Positions 13,113 through 27,257 of a stretch of DNA of 64,000 nt are shown here, piece after piece (the stretch's first letter is position 1; each line of letters opens with the position of its first letter). The notes beneath the pieces were generated by a model, which saw only the letters and a list, made by a program, of their open reading frames with translations, did not search any database and was not told the origin of the DNA. The position numbers and the translations under genes are program-made. The stretch is from the human T2T-CHM13v2.0 reference genome, Homo sapiens: NCBI RefSeq assembly GCF_009914755.1, contig NC_060948.1, one strand, 5' to 3'.

Positions 13113-16100
13113 GGCCTGGAATAAAGTGGAATGCTACGGTCTCGAATGGAATAAAAATGTATGGAATGGAATGCAATGAAACGGAATCGAATGTCATAGA
13201 ATGTAATGGAATGCAAAAAAATGGACTCCAAAATCATTGACTGGAAAGGCTGGGTGTCGAAAGGAATTGACTCCAATGGAATGGAATCGAATGGAATGGA
13301 AGTGAATAGAATCGAACTAAATCGAATGGAATGGAATTGATAGGAACGGAATGGAAAGGAATGAAATGATTTGGTATGGAATGGAATCGAATGGCATCGA
13401 ATGGAATGGAATGGAATGCAAGGCAATGTAATGTATTAGAATGTAATGAACTTTAATGGAATGTACTCGAATGGATTCGACTGGAATGGAATGTTCTGGA
13501 AGTGAATGGACTCCAATGGAATGGATTGAAAAGGAATGGAATCGTACGGAATGGAATCTAATGGAATGGAATTAAATGGAAATGAATCAAATTGAATAGC
13601 ACGGAATTGAATTGAATGGAATCGAATGCAATGGAATCTAATGAAACGGAAAGGAAAGGAATGGAATGGAATGGAATGGGCTGGAATGGAAAGGAATCGA
13701 AACGAATGGAATGGAATCGAACTGAAGAGACTGGAATGGAATGCACTGGAATGGAAGGGAGTGTAATGGAAGGTTCTCGAAAAAAATGGAATCGAATGGA
13801 ATGGAATTGAATGGAACGGAATAGAGTCGAATGGAATTGAATGGAATGGAATGGACTAGAGTGAAATGGAATCGAACCACAAGGAATGGACAGGAATAGA
13901 ATGGTTTCGAATTGAACGGAATCGTATGGAATGGCATCAAACGGAATGGAATGGACAGCCACGGAATGGAATGCACTCGAATGCAATGGAGTCGAAACTA
14001 ATGGACTGGAATAGAATGGACTCGACTGGTACGGACTCCAATGGAATGGAATCGAATGGAAGGGAATCGAACGGAATGGACTCGAAGGGAAAAGACTGCA
14101 ATGGAAAGGTCTCGAATGGAATGGAAATTAATGGAATGGAATGGAATCGAATGAAATGGAGTCAAAAGGAATGGAATCGAATGGCAAGAAATCGAATGTA
14201 ATGGAATCGCAAGGAATTGATGTGAACGGAACGGAATGGAATGGAATCCAAAGGAATGGAATAGAATGGAATGGAATCGAATGGAAAGGACTCGAATGGA
14301 AATCACTCGAATAGAATGCAATTTAATAAAATAGGATGAAATGTAATGGAATGGAATGGAAAGGAATCGAAACGAAAGGAATGGAGACAGATGGAATGGA
14401 ATGGAACAGAGAGCAATGGTATAGAATGGAATGGAATCATCTGCAATGGAATTGAATGGAATGGAATAACATGAAATGGAATGGAATGGAAAGAAATGCC
14501 CTTGAATTAAATGGACTGGAATGGAATGGACTCGAACAGAGTGGAATGGAAAGTGTTGAGATAGAATGGAATGGACTCCTTTGGAATGGTCTAGTATGCA
14601 ATGCAATCGACTGGCAGGGAATCAAAAGGAATGTAATCGAATGGATTGGACTGCAATGCAATGGACTCGAATAGATTGGAAACGGAATGCAAAGGAATGG
14701 AATGGAATAGTATGGAATGGAATGGAAAGGAATGGAGTGGAATAGACTAGAGTGGAATGGAATGGACTCGAAAGCAATGGACTGGAATGGAACTTTCTTG
14801 AATGGACTGGAATCAAACGGAATGGAATGCAATGCAATCAAATGGCATGGAATAAAATAGAATTAAAGAGAATCAAATGGAATTGAATCGAATGGAATCG
14901 AATGGATTGGAAAGGAATAGAATGGAATGGAATGGAATTGACTCAAATGGAATGGATTCGAATGGAAGGCAAAGGAATGGAATCTATTGGAATGGACTGC
15001 AATGGAATGGAAAGGAAGGGATTGGAATGGACTCGAATGGAATGGACTGCAATAGAAAGGATTCGAATGGAATGAAAAAGAATTGAATGGAATAGAACAG
15101 AATGGAATCAAATCGAATGAAATGGAATGGAATAGAAAGGAATGGAATGAAATGGAATGGAAAGGATTCGAATGGAATGCAATCGAATGGAATGGAATCG
15201 AACGGAATGGAATAAAATGGAAGCAAACTGGCAAGAAATGGAATCGAAATGAATGGAGTGTTATGGAACGGACTCAAAAGGAATTGAATGTAATAGAATG
15301 GAGTGGAGTGGACTCGAATATAATGGACTGGAATGGAATGAAATCACATGGAATGGGAACGAATGGAATGGAATGGAAAGGAATGGAATCGAATGGAAAG
15401 GAATCGAATGGAAGGGAATGAAATTGAATCAACAGGAATGGAAGGGAATAGAATAGACGGTAATGGAATGGACTCGAATGGACACGAATGCTCAAATTGA
15501 ATGGACTCGAATGGAATGGAAACGAAAGGAATGTCATCGAATGGAATTGAATCGATTGGAATGAAATCGCATAGAATGGAGTGGAATCAAATGGAATTGA
15601 ATCGAAAGGAAAGGAAGCGAATGGACTGAAATGAAATGGAATGGAATTGAATGGAAAGTAAAGCAATGGAATAGAATGGAACGAAATTTCACGGAATGGA
15701 ATCAAACTGAATGGAATCAAATCAATGGAATATAATCAAATGGAATGGAAAGGAATTGAATGGAGTAGATGGGATTGGATGGGATTGGAATGAAATGTAC
15801 TGGAAAGGACTCGAATTTCATGAAACGGAATGGAATGAATTGGAACGGAATGGACTCGAATGGAATGGAATGTCATGGAATGGCATCAAATGGAATGGCA
15901 TCAAATGGCATGGAATCGAATGCAATGGAATGCTATGGAATGGAATGGAATGCATTGGAATGGAATGTTCTCTAATGGAATGGATTCGAGTGGAATGGAA
16001 TCGAATATAATGGAGTCGAATGAAATGAAATTGAAAGGAATGGGATCGAATACAATGGAATATAGTGGAATGTAATGTAATGAACTCGAATGTAATTGAC

Positions 16101-16641
16101 TGGAATGGAATGTACATGAATGGAATGTAATTGAATGGAAAGTAATCCAATGGAATAGAATCTAATGCAATAAAATCGACTCAGATAGAGTAGAATGTAA
16201 TGGAATGGAGTGCAGTGCAATGGAATGGAATGGAATGGAATGCAATGGAATGGAATGGAATGGAATGGAATGGAATGGGATGGAATGGTATGGAATGGAT
16301 AGTAATGGACTGGAGTGAAATGGACTGGAAAGGAATGGACTCAAATTGAAAGGGCTCGAAAGGAATGGAGTCAAATGGAATGGTCTGGAATGGAATGAAC
16401 ACGAATGTAATGCAATCCAATAGAATGGAATCGAATGGCATGGAATATAAAGAAATGGAATCGAAGAGAATGGAAACAAACGGAATGGAATTGAATGGAA
16501 TGGAATTGAATGGAATGGGAACGAATGGAGTGAAATTGTATGCAGTAGAAGAAAATAGAATGGAATGCAAGCGAAAGGAAAAGAATTTATTGGAATGGAA
16601 TGGAATTCATTGGAATGGAAGGGAATGTAGTGTAATGGACA
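13113..16641 (+). repeat. DYZ1 unit U4 (3529 bp), near-identical to U2
   Basis: GGCC at 13113 and 16642; shares the private variants of U2 at a +7068 offset. Confidence 0.9.
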
Positions 16642-19600
16642 GGCCTGGAATAAAGTGGAATGCTACGGTCTCGAATGGAATAAAAATGTATGGAATGGAA
16701 TGCAATGAAACGGAATCGAATGTCATAGAATGTAATGGAATGCAAAAAAATGGAATCCAAAATCATTGACTGGAAAGTCTGGATGTCGAAAGGAATTGAC
16801 TCCAATGGAATGGAATCGAATGGAATGGAAGTGAATAGAATCGAACTAAATCGAATGGAATGGAATTGATAGGAACGGAATGGAAAGGAATGAAATGATT
16901 TGGCATGGAATGGAATCGAATGGCATCGAATGGAATGGAATGGAATGCAATACAATGGAATGTATTAGAATGTAATGAACTTTAATGGAATGTACTCGAA
17001 TGGATTCGACTGGAATGGAATGTTCTGGAAGTGAATGGACTCCAATGGAATGGATTGAAAAGGAATGGAATCGTACGGAATGGAATCTAATGGAATGGAA
17101 TTAAATGGAAATGAATCAAATTGAATAGCACGGAATTGAATTGAATGGAATCGAATGCAATGGAATCTAATGAAACGGAAAGGAAAGGAATGGAATGGAA
17201 TGGAATGGGCTGGAATGGAAAGGAATCGAAACGAATGGAATGGAAACGAACTGAAGAGACTGGAATGGAATGCACTGGAATGGAAGGGAGTGTAATGGAA
17301 GGTTCTCGAAAAAAGTGGAATCGAATGGAATGGAATTGAATGGAAGGGAATAGGGTCGAATGGAATTGAATGGAATGGAATGGACTAGAGTGAAATGGAA
17401 TCGAACCACAAGGAATGGACAGGAATAGAATGGTCTCGAATTGAATGGAATCGTATGGAATGGCATCAAACGGAATGGAATGGAATGCACTCGAATGCAA
17501 TGGAGTCGAAACTAATGGACTGGAATAGAATGGACTCGACTGGTACGGACTCCAATGGAATGGAATCGAATGGAAGGGAATCGAACGGAATGGACTCGAA
17601 GGGAAAAGACTGCAATGGAAAGGTCTCGAATGGAATGGAAATTAATGGAATGGAATGGAATCGAATGAAATGGAGTCAAAAGGAATGGAATCGAATGGCA
17701 AGAAATCGAATGTAATGGAATCGCAAGGAATTGATGTGAACGGAACTGAATGGAATGGAATCCAAAGGAATGGAATAGAATGGAATGGAATCGAATGGAA
17801 AGGACTCGAATGGAAATCACTCGAATAGAATGCAATTTAATAAAATAGGATGAAATGTAATGGAATGGAATGGAAAGGAATCGAAATGAAAGGAATGGAG
17901 ACAGATGGAATGGAATGGAACAGAGAGCAATGGTATAGAATGGAATGGAATCATCTGGAATGGTATTGAATGGAATGGAATAACATGAAATGGAATGGAA
18001 TGGAATGGAATGCCCTTTAATTAAATGGACTGGAATGGAATGGACTCGAACAGAGTGGAATGGAAAGTGTTGAGATAGAATGGAATGGACTCCTTTGGAA
18101 TGGTCTAGTATGCAATGCAATCGACTGGCAGGGAATCAAAAGGAATGTAATGGAATGGATTGGACTGGAATGCAATGGACTCGAATAGATTGGAAACGGA
18201 ATGCAAAGGAATGGAATGGAATAGTATGGAATGGAATGGAAAGGAATGGAGTGGAATAGACTAGAGTGGAATGGAATGGACTCGAAAGCAATGGACTGGA
18301 ATGGAACTTTCTTGAATGGACTGGAATCAAACGGAATGGAATGCAATGCAATCAAATGGCATGGAATAAAATAGAATGAAAGAGAATCAAATGGAATTGA
18401 ATCGAATGGAATCGAATGGATTGGAAAGGAATAGAATGGAATGGAATGGAATTGACTCAAATGGAATGGATTCGAATGGAAGGCAAAGGAATGGAATCTA
18501 TTGGAATGGACTGCAATGGAATGGAAAGGAAGGGATTGGAATGGACTCGAATGGAATGGACTGCAATAGAAAGGATTCGAATGGAATGAAAAAGAATTGA
18601 ATGGAATAGAACAGAATGGAATCAAATCGAATGAAATGGAATGGAATAGAAAGGAATGGAATGAAATGGAATGGAAAGGATTCGAATGGAATGCAATCGA
18701 ATGGAATGGAATCGAACGGAATGGAATAAAATGGAAGAAAACTGGCAAGAAATGGAATCGAAATGAATGGAGTGTTATGGAACGGACTCAAAAGGAATTG
18801 AATGTAATAGAATGGAGTGGAGTGGACTCGAATATAATGGACTGGAATGGAATGAAATCACATGGAATGGGAACGAATGGAATGGAATGGAAAGGAATGG
18901 AATCGAATGGAAAGGAATCGAATGGTAGGGAATGAAATTGAATCAACAGGAATGGAAGGGAATAGAATAGACGGTAATGGAATGGACTCGAATAGAATGG
19001 ACACGAATGCTCAAATTGAATGGACTCGAATGGAATGGAAACGAAAGGAATGTCATCGAATGGAATTGAATCGGTTGGAATGAAATCGCATAGAATGGAG
19101 TGGAATCAAATGGAATTGAATCGAAAGGAAAGGAAGCGAATGGACTGAAATGAAATGGAATGGAATTGAATGGAAAGTAAAGCAATGGAATAGAATGGAA
19201 CGAAATTTCACGGAATGGAATCAAACTGAATGGAATCAAATCAATGGAATATAATCAAATGGAATGGAAAGGAATTGAATGGAGTAGATGGGATTGGATG
19301 GGATTGGAATGAAATGTACTGGAAAGGACTCGAATTTCATGAAACGGAATGGAATGAATTGGAACGGAATGGACTCGAATGGAATGGAATGTCATGGAAT
19401 GGCATCAAATGGAATGGCATCAAATGGAATGGAATCGAATGCAATGGAATGCTATGGAATGGAATGGAATGCATTGGAATGGAATGTTCTCTAATGGAAT
19501 GGATTCGAGTGGAATGGAATCGAATATAATGGAGTCGAATGAAATGGAATTGAAAGGAATGGGATCGAATACAATGGAATATACTGGAATGTAATGTAAT

Positions 19601-20169
19601 GAACTCGAATGTAATTGACTGGAATGGAATGTACATGAATGGAATGTAATCGAATGGAAAGTAATCCAAAGGAATAGAATCTAATGCAATAAAATCGACT
19701 CAGATAGAGTAGAATGTAATGGAATGGATTGCAGTGCAATGGAATGGAATGGAATGGATGGAATGCAATGGAATGGAATGGAATGGAATGGAATGGAATG
19801 GAATGGGATGGAATGCTATGGAATGGATAGTAATGGACTGGAGTGAAATGGACTGGAAAGGAATGGACTCAAATTGAAAGGGCTCGAAAGGAATGGAGTC
19901 AAATGGAATGGTCTGGAATGGAATGAACACGAATGTAATGCAATCCAATAGAATGGAATCGAATGGCATGGAATATAAAGAAATGGAATCGAAGAGAATG
20001 GAAACAAACGGAATGGAATTGAATGGAATGGAATTGAATGGAATGGGAACGAATGGAGTGAAATTGTATGCAGTAGAAGAAAATAGAATGGAATGCAAGC
20101 GAAAGGAAAAGAATGTATTGGAATGGAATGGAATTCATTGGAATGGAAGGGAATGTAGTGTAATGGACA
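16642..20169 (+). repeat. DYZ1 unit U5 (3528 bp)
   Basis: GGCC at 16642 and 20170; 5' half matches U3; private 1-bp deletion (GGAT for GGAAT) near 19757. Confidence 0.9.
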
Positions 20170-23100
20170 GGCCTGGAATAAAGTGGAATGCTACGGTCTC
20201 GAATGGAATAAAAATGTATGGAATGGAATGCAATGAAACGGAATCGAATGTCATAGAATGTAATGGAATGCAAAAAAATGGAATCCAAAATCATTGACAG
20301 GAAAGGCTGGATGTCGAAAGGAATTGACTCCAATGGAATGGAATCGAATGGAATGGAAGTGAATAGAATCGAACTAAATCGAATGGAATGGAATTGATAG
20401 TAACGGAATGGAAAGGAATGAAATGATTTGTCATGGAATGGAATCGAATGGCATCGAATGGAATGGAATGGAATGCAATGGAATGGAATGTATTAGAATG
20501 TAATGAACTTTAATGGAATGTACTCGAATGGATTCGACTGGAATGGAATGTTCTGGAAGTGAATGGACTCCAATGGAATGGATTGAAAAGGAATGGAATC
20601 GTACGGAATGGAATCTAATGGAATGGAATTAAATGGAAATGAATCAAATTGAATAGCACGGAATTGAATTGAATGGAATCGAATGCAATGGAATCTAATG
20701 AAACGGAAAGGAAAGGAATGGAATGGAATGGAATGGGCTGGAATGGAAAGGAATCGAAACGAATGGAATGGAATCGAACTGAAGAGACTGGAATGGAATG
20801 CACTGGAATGGAAGGAAGTGTAATGGAAGGTTCTCGAAAAAAATGGAATCGAATGGAATGGAATTGAATGGAACGGAATAGAGTCGAATGGAATTGAATG
20901 GAATGGAATGGACTAGAGTGAAATGGAATCGAACCACAAGGAATGGACAGGAATAGAATGGTCTCGATTTGAACGGAATCGTATGGAATGGCATCAAACG
21001 GAATGGAATGGACAGCCACGGAATGGAATGCACTCGAATGCAATGGAGTCGAAACTAATGGACTGGAATAGAATGGACTCGACTGGTACGGACTCCAATG
21101 GAATGGAATCGAATGGAAGGGAATCGAACGGAATGGACTCGAAGGGAAAAGACTGCAATGGAAAGGTCTCGAATGGAATGGAAATTAATGGAATGGAATG
21201 GAATCGAATGAAATGGAGTCAAAAGGAATGGAATCGAATGGCAAGAAATCGAATGTAATGGAATCGCAAGGAATGGATGTGAACGGAACGGAATGGAATG
21301 GAATCCAAAGGAATGGAATAGAATGGAATGGAATCGAATGGAAAGGACTCGAATGGAAATCACTCGAATAGAATGCAATTTAATAAAATAGGATCAAATG
21401 TAATGGAATGGAATGGAAAGGAATCGAAACGAAAGGAATGGAGACACATGGAATGGAATGGAACAGAGAGCAATGGTATAGAATGGAATGGAATGATCTG
21501 GAATGGAATTGAATGGAATGGAATAATATGAAATGGAATGGAGTGGAATGGAATGCCCTTGAATTAAATGGACTGGAATGGAATGGACTCGAACAGAGTG
21601 GAATGGAAAGTGTTGAGATAGAATGGAATGGACTCCTTTGGAATGCTCTAGTATGCAATGCAATGGACTGGCAGGGAATCAAAAGGAATGTAATCGAATG
21701 GATTGGACTGGAATGCAATGGACTCGAATAGATTGGAAACGGAATGCAAAGGAATGGAATGGAATAGTATGGAATGGAATGGAAAGGAATGGAGTGGAAT
21801 AGACTAGAGTGGAATGGAATGGACTCGAAAGCAATGGACTGGAATGGAACTTTCTTGAATGGACTGGAATCAAACGGAATGGAATGCAATGCAATCAAAT
21901 GGCATGGAATAAAATAGAATGAAAGAGAATCAAATGGAATTGAATCGAATGGAATCGAATGGATTGGAAAGGAATAGAATGGAATGGAATGGAATTGACT
22001 CAAATGGAATGGACTAGAATGGAATGGATTCGAATGGAAGGCAAAGGAATGGAATCTATTGGAATGGACTGTAATGGAATGGAATGGAAGGGATTGGAAT
22101 GGACTCGAATGGAATGGACTGCAATAGAAAGGATTCGAATGGAATGAAAAAGAATTGAATGGAATAGAACAGAATGGAATCAAATCGAATGAAATGGAAT
22201 GGAATAGAAAGGAATGGAATGAAATGGAATGGAAAGGATTCCAATGGAATGCAATCGAATGGAATGGAATCGAACGGAATGGAATAAAATGGAAGCAAAC
22301 TGGCAAGAAATGGAATCGAAATGAATGGAGTGTTATGGAACGGACTCAAAAGGAATTGAATGTAATAGAATGGAGTGGAGTGGACTCGAATATAATGGAC
22401 TGGAATGGAATGAAATCACATGGAATGGGAACGAATGGAATGGAATGGAAAGGAATGGAATCGAATGGAAAGGAATCGAATGGAAGGGAATGAAATTGAA
22501 TCAACAGGAATGGAAGGGAATAGAATAGACGGTAATGGAATGGACTCGAATAGAATGGACACGAATGCTCAAATTGAATGGACTCGAATGGAATGGAAAC
22601 GAAAGGAATGTCATCGAATGGAATTGAATCGATTGGAATGAAATCGCATAGAATGGAGTGGAATCAAATGGAATTGAATCGAAAGGAAAGGAAGCGAATG
22701 GACTGAAATGAAATGGAATGGAATTGAATGGAAAGTAATGCAATGGAATAGAATGGAACGAAATTTCACGGAATGGAATCAAACTGAATGGAATCAAATC
22801 AATGGAATCTAATCAAATGGAATGGAAAGGAATTGAATGGAGTAGATTGGATTGGATGGGATTGGAATGAAATGTACTGGAAAGGACTCGAATTTCATGA
22901 AACGGAATGGAAAGAATTGGAACGGAATGGACTCGAAAGGAATGGAATGTCATGGAAAGGCATCAAATGGAATGACATCAAATGGAATGGAATCGAATGC
23001 AATAGAATGCTATGGAATGGAATGGAATGCATTGGAATGGAATGTCCTCTAATGGAATGGATTCGAGTGGAATGGAATCGAATATAATGGAGTCGAATAA

Positions 23101-23723
23101 AATGGAATTGAAAGGAATGGGATGGAATACAATGGAATATATTGGAATGTAATGTAATGAAGTCGAATGTAATTGACTGGAATGGAATGTACATGAATGG
23201 AATGTAATCGAATGGAAAGTAATCCAATGGAATAGAATCTAATGCAATAAAATCGACTCAGATAGAGTAGAATGTAATGGAATGGAGTACAGTGCTATGG
23301 AATGGAATGGAATGGAATGCAATGGAATGGAATGGAATGGAATGGAATGGAATGGAATGGGATGGAATGGTATGGAATAGATAGTAATGGACTGGAGTGA
23401 AATGGACTGGAAAGGAATGGACTCAAATTGAAAGGGCTCGAAACGAATGGAGTCAAATGGAATGGTCTGGAATGGAATGAACACGAATGTAATGCAATCC
23501 AATAGAATGGAATCGAATCGCATGGAATATAAAGAAATGGAATCGAAGAGAATGGAAACAAACGGAATGGAATTGAATGGAATGGAATTGAATGGAATGG
23601 GAACGAATGGAGTGAAACTGTATGCAGTAGAAGAGAATAGAATGGAATGCAAGCGAAAGGAAAGGAATGGATTGGAATGGAATGGATTTCATTGGAATGG
23701 AAGGGAAAGTAGTGTAATGGACA
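20170..23723 (+). repeat. DYZ1 unit U6 (3554 bp)
   Basis: GGCC at 20170 and 23724; canonical EcoRI site mutated to GATTTC at 23685. Confidence 0.9.
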
Positions 23724-26700
23724 GGCCTGGAATAAAGTGGAATGCTACGGTCTCGAATGGAATAAAAATGTATGGAATGGAATGCAATGAAACGGAATCG
23801 AATGTCATAGAATGGAATGGAATGCAAAAAAATGGAATCCAAAATCATTGACTGGAAAGGCTGGGTGTCGAAAGGAATTGACTCCAATGGAATGGAATCG
23901 AATGGAATGGAAGTGAATAGAATCGAACTAAATCGAATGGAATGGAATTGATAGGAACGGAATAGAAAGGAATGCAATGATTTGGCATGGAATGGAATCG
24001 AATGGCATCGAATGGAATGGAATGGAATGCAATGCAATGGAATGTATTAGAATGTAATGAACTTTAATGGAATGTACTCGAATGGATTCGACTGGAATGG
24101 AATGTTCTGGAAGTGAATGGACTCCAATGGAATGGATTGAAAAGGAATGGAATCGTACGGAATGGAATCTAATGGAATGGAATTAAATGGAAATGAATCA
24201 AATTGAATAGCACGGAATTGAATTGAATGGAATCGAATGCAATGGAATCTAATGAAACGGAAAGGAAAGGAATGGAATGGAATGGAATGGGCTGGAATGG
24301 AAAGGAATCGAAACGAATGGAATGGAATCGAACTGAAGAGACTGGAATGGAATGCACTGGAATGGAAGGGATTTTAATGGAAGGTTCTCGAAAAAAGTGG
24401 AATCGAATGGAATGGAATTGAATGGAACGGAATAGAGTCGAATGGAATTGAATGGAATGGAATGGACTAGAGTGAAATGGAATCGAACCACAAGGAATGG
24501 ACAGGAATAGAATGGTCTCGAATTGAATGGAATCGTATGGAATGGCATCAAACGGAATGGAATGGACAGCCACGGAATGGAATGCACTCGAATGCAATGG
24601 AGTCGAAACTAATGGACTGGAATAGAATGGACTCGACTGGTACGGACTCCAATGGAATGGAATCGAATGGAAGGGAATCGAACGGAATGGACTCGAAGGG
24701 AAAAGACTGCAATGGAAAGGTCTCGAATGGAATGGAAATTAATGGAATGGAATGGAATCGAATGAAATGGAGTCAAAAGGAATGGAATCGAATGGCAAGA
24801 AATCGAATGTAATGGAATCGCAAGGAATTGATGTGAACGGAACGGAATGGAATGGAATCCAAAGGAATGGAATAGAATGGAATGGAATCGAATGGAAAGG
24901 ACTCGAATGGAAATCACTCGAATAGAATGCAATTTAATAAAATAGGATGAAATGTAATGGAATGGAATGGAAAGGAATCGAAACGAAAGGAATGGAGACA
25001 GATGGAATTGAATGGAACAGAGAGCAATGGTATAGAATGGAATGGAATCATCTGGAATGGAATTGAATAGAATGGAATAATATGAAATGGATTGGAATGG
25101 AATGGAATGCCCTTGAATTAAATGGACTGGAATGGAATGGACTCGAACAGAGTGGAATGGAAAGTGTTGAGATAGAATGGAATGGACTCGTTTGGAATGG
25201 TCTAGTATGCAATGCAATCGACTGGCAGGGAATCAAAAGGAATGTAATCGAATGGATTGGACTGGAATGCAATGGACTCGAATAGATTGGAAACGGAATG
25301 CAAAGGAATGGAATGGAATAGTACGGAATGGAATGGAAAGGAATGGAGTGGAATAGACTAGAGTGGAATGGAATGGACTCGAAAGCAATGGACTGGAATG
25401 GAACTTTCTTGAATGGACTGGAATCAAACGGAATGGAATGCAATGCAATCAAATGGCATGGAATAAAATAGAATGAAAGAGAATCAAATGGAATTGAATC
25501 GAATGGAATCGAATGGATTGGAAAGGAATAGAATGGAATGGAATGGAATTGACTCAAATGGAATGGATTCGAATGGAAGGCAAAGGAATGGAATCTATTG
25601 GAATGGACTGCAATGGAATGGAAAGGAAGGGATTGGAATGGACTCGAATGGAATGGACTGCAATAGAAAGGATTCGAATGGAATGAAAAAGAATTGAATG
25701 GAATAGAACAGAATGGAATCATATCGAATGAAATGGAATGGAATAGAAAGGAATGGAATGAAATGGAATGGAAAGGATTCGAATGGAATGCAATCGAATG
25801 GAATGGAATCGAACGGAATGGAATAAAATGGAAGCAAACTGGCAAGAAATGGAATCGAAATGAATGGAGTGTTATGGAACGGACTCAAAAGGAATTGAAT
25901 GTAATAGAATGGAGTGGAGTGGACCCGAATATAATGGACTGGAATGGAATGAAATCACATGGAATGGGAACGAATGGAATGGAATGGAAAGGAATGGAAT
26001 CGAATGGAAAGGAATCGAATGGAAGGGAATAAAATTGAATCAACAGGAATGGAAGGGAATAGAATAGACGGTAATGGAATGGACTCGAATAGAATGGACA
26101 CGAATGTTCAAATTGAATGGACTCGAATGGAATGGAAACGAAAGGAATGTCATCGAATGGAATTGAATCGATTGGAATGAAATCGCATAGAATGGAGTGA
26201 AATCAAATGGAATTGTATCGAAAGGAAAGGAAGCGAATGGACTGAAATGAAATGGAATGGAATTGAATGGAAAGTAAAGCAATGGAATAGAATGGAACGA
26301 AATTTCACGGAATGGAATCAAACTGAATGGAATCAAATCAATGGAATATAATCAAATGGAATGGAAAGGAATTGAATGGAGTAGATGGGATTGGATGGGA
26401 TTGGAATGAAATGTACTGGAAAGGACTCGAATTTCATGAAACGGAATGGAATGAATTGGAACGGAATGGACTCGAATGGAATGGAATGTCATGGAATGGC
26501 ATCAAATGGAATGGCATCAAATGGAATGGAATCGAATGCAATGGAATGCTATGGAATGGAATGGAATGCATTGGAATGGAATGTTCTCTAATGGAATGGA
26601 TTCGAGTGGAATGGAATCGAATATAATGGAGTCGAATGAAATGGAATTGAAAGGAATGGGATCGAATACAATGGAATATAGTGGAATGTAATGTAATGAA

Positions 26701-27257
26701 CTCGAATGTAATTGACTGGAATGGAATGTACATGAATGGAATGTAATCGAATGGAAAGTAATCCAATGGAATAGAATCTAATGCAATAAAATCGACTCAG
26801 ATAGAGTAGAATGTAATGGAATGGAGTGCAGTGCAATGGAATGGAATTGAATGGAATGGAATGCAATGGAATGGAATGGAATGGAATGGAATGGGATGGA
26901 ATGGGATGGAATGGATAGTAATGGACTGGAGTGAAATGGACTGGAAAGGAATGGACTCAAATTGAAAGGGCTCGAAAGGAATGGAGTCAAATGGAATGGT
27001 CTGAAATGGAATGAACACGAATGTAATGCAATCCAATAGAATGGAATCGAATGGCATGGAATATAAAGAAATGGAATCGAAGAGAATGGAAACAAACGGA
27101 ATGGAATTGAATGGAATGGAATTGAATGTAATGGGAACGAATGGAGTGAAATTGTATGCAGTAGAAGAAAATAGAATGGAATGCAAGTGAAAGGAAAAGA
27201 ATGGATTGGAATGGAATGGAATTCATTGGAATGGAAGGGAATGTAGTGTAATGGACA
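23724..27257 (+). repeat. DYZ1 unit U7 (3534 bp)
   Basis: GGCC at 23724 and 27258; 15-bp deletion near 25560. Confidence 0.9.

Larger units (their letters stand above)
4017..18371 (+). repeat. Recent 7068-bp (two-unit) tandem duplication within the array
   Basis: 4017-11303 matches 11085-18371 at an exact 7068 offset; the ORF track repeats at the same offset. Confidence 0.85.
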
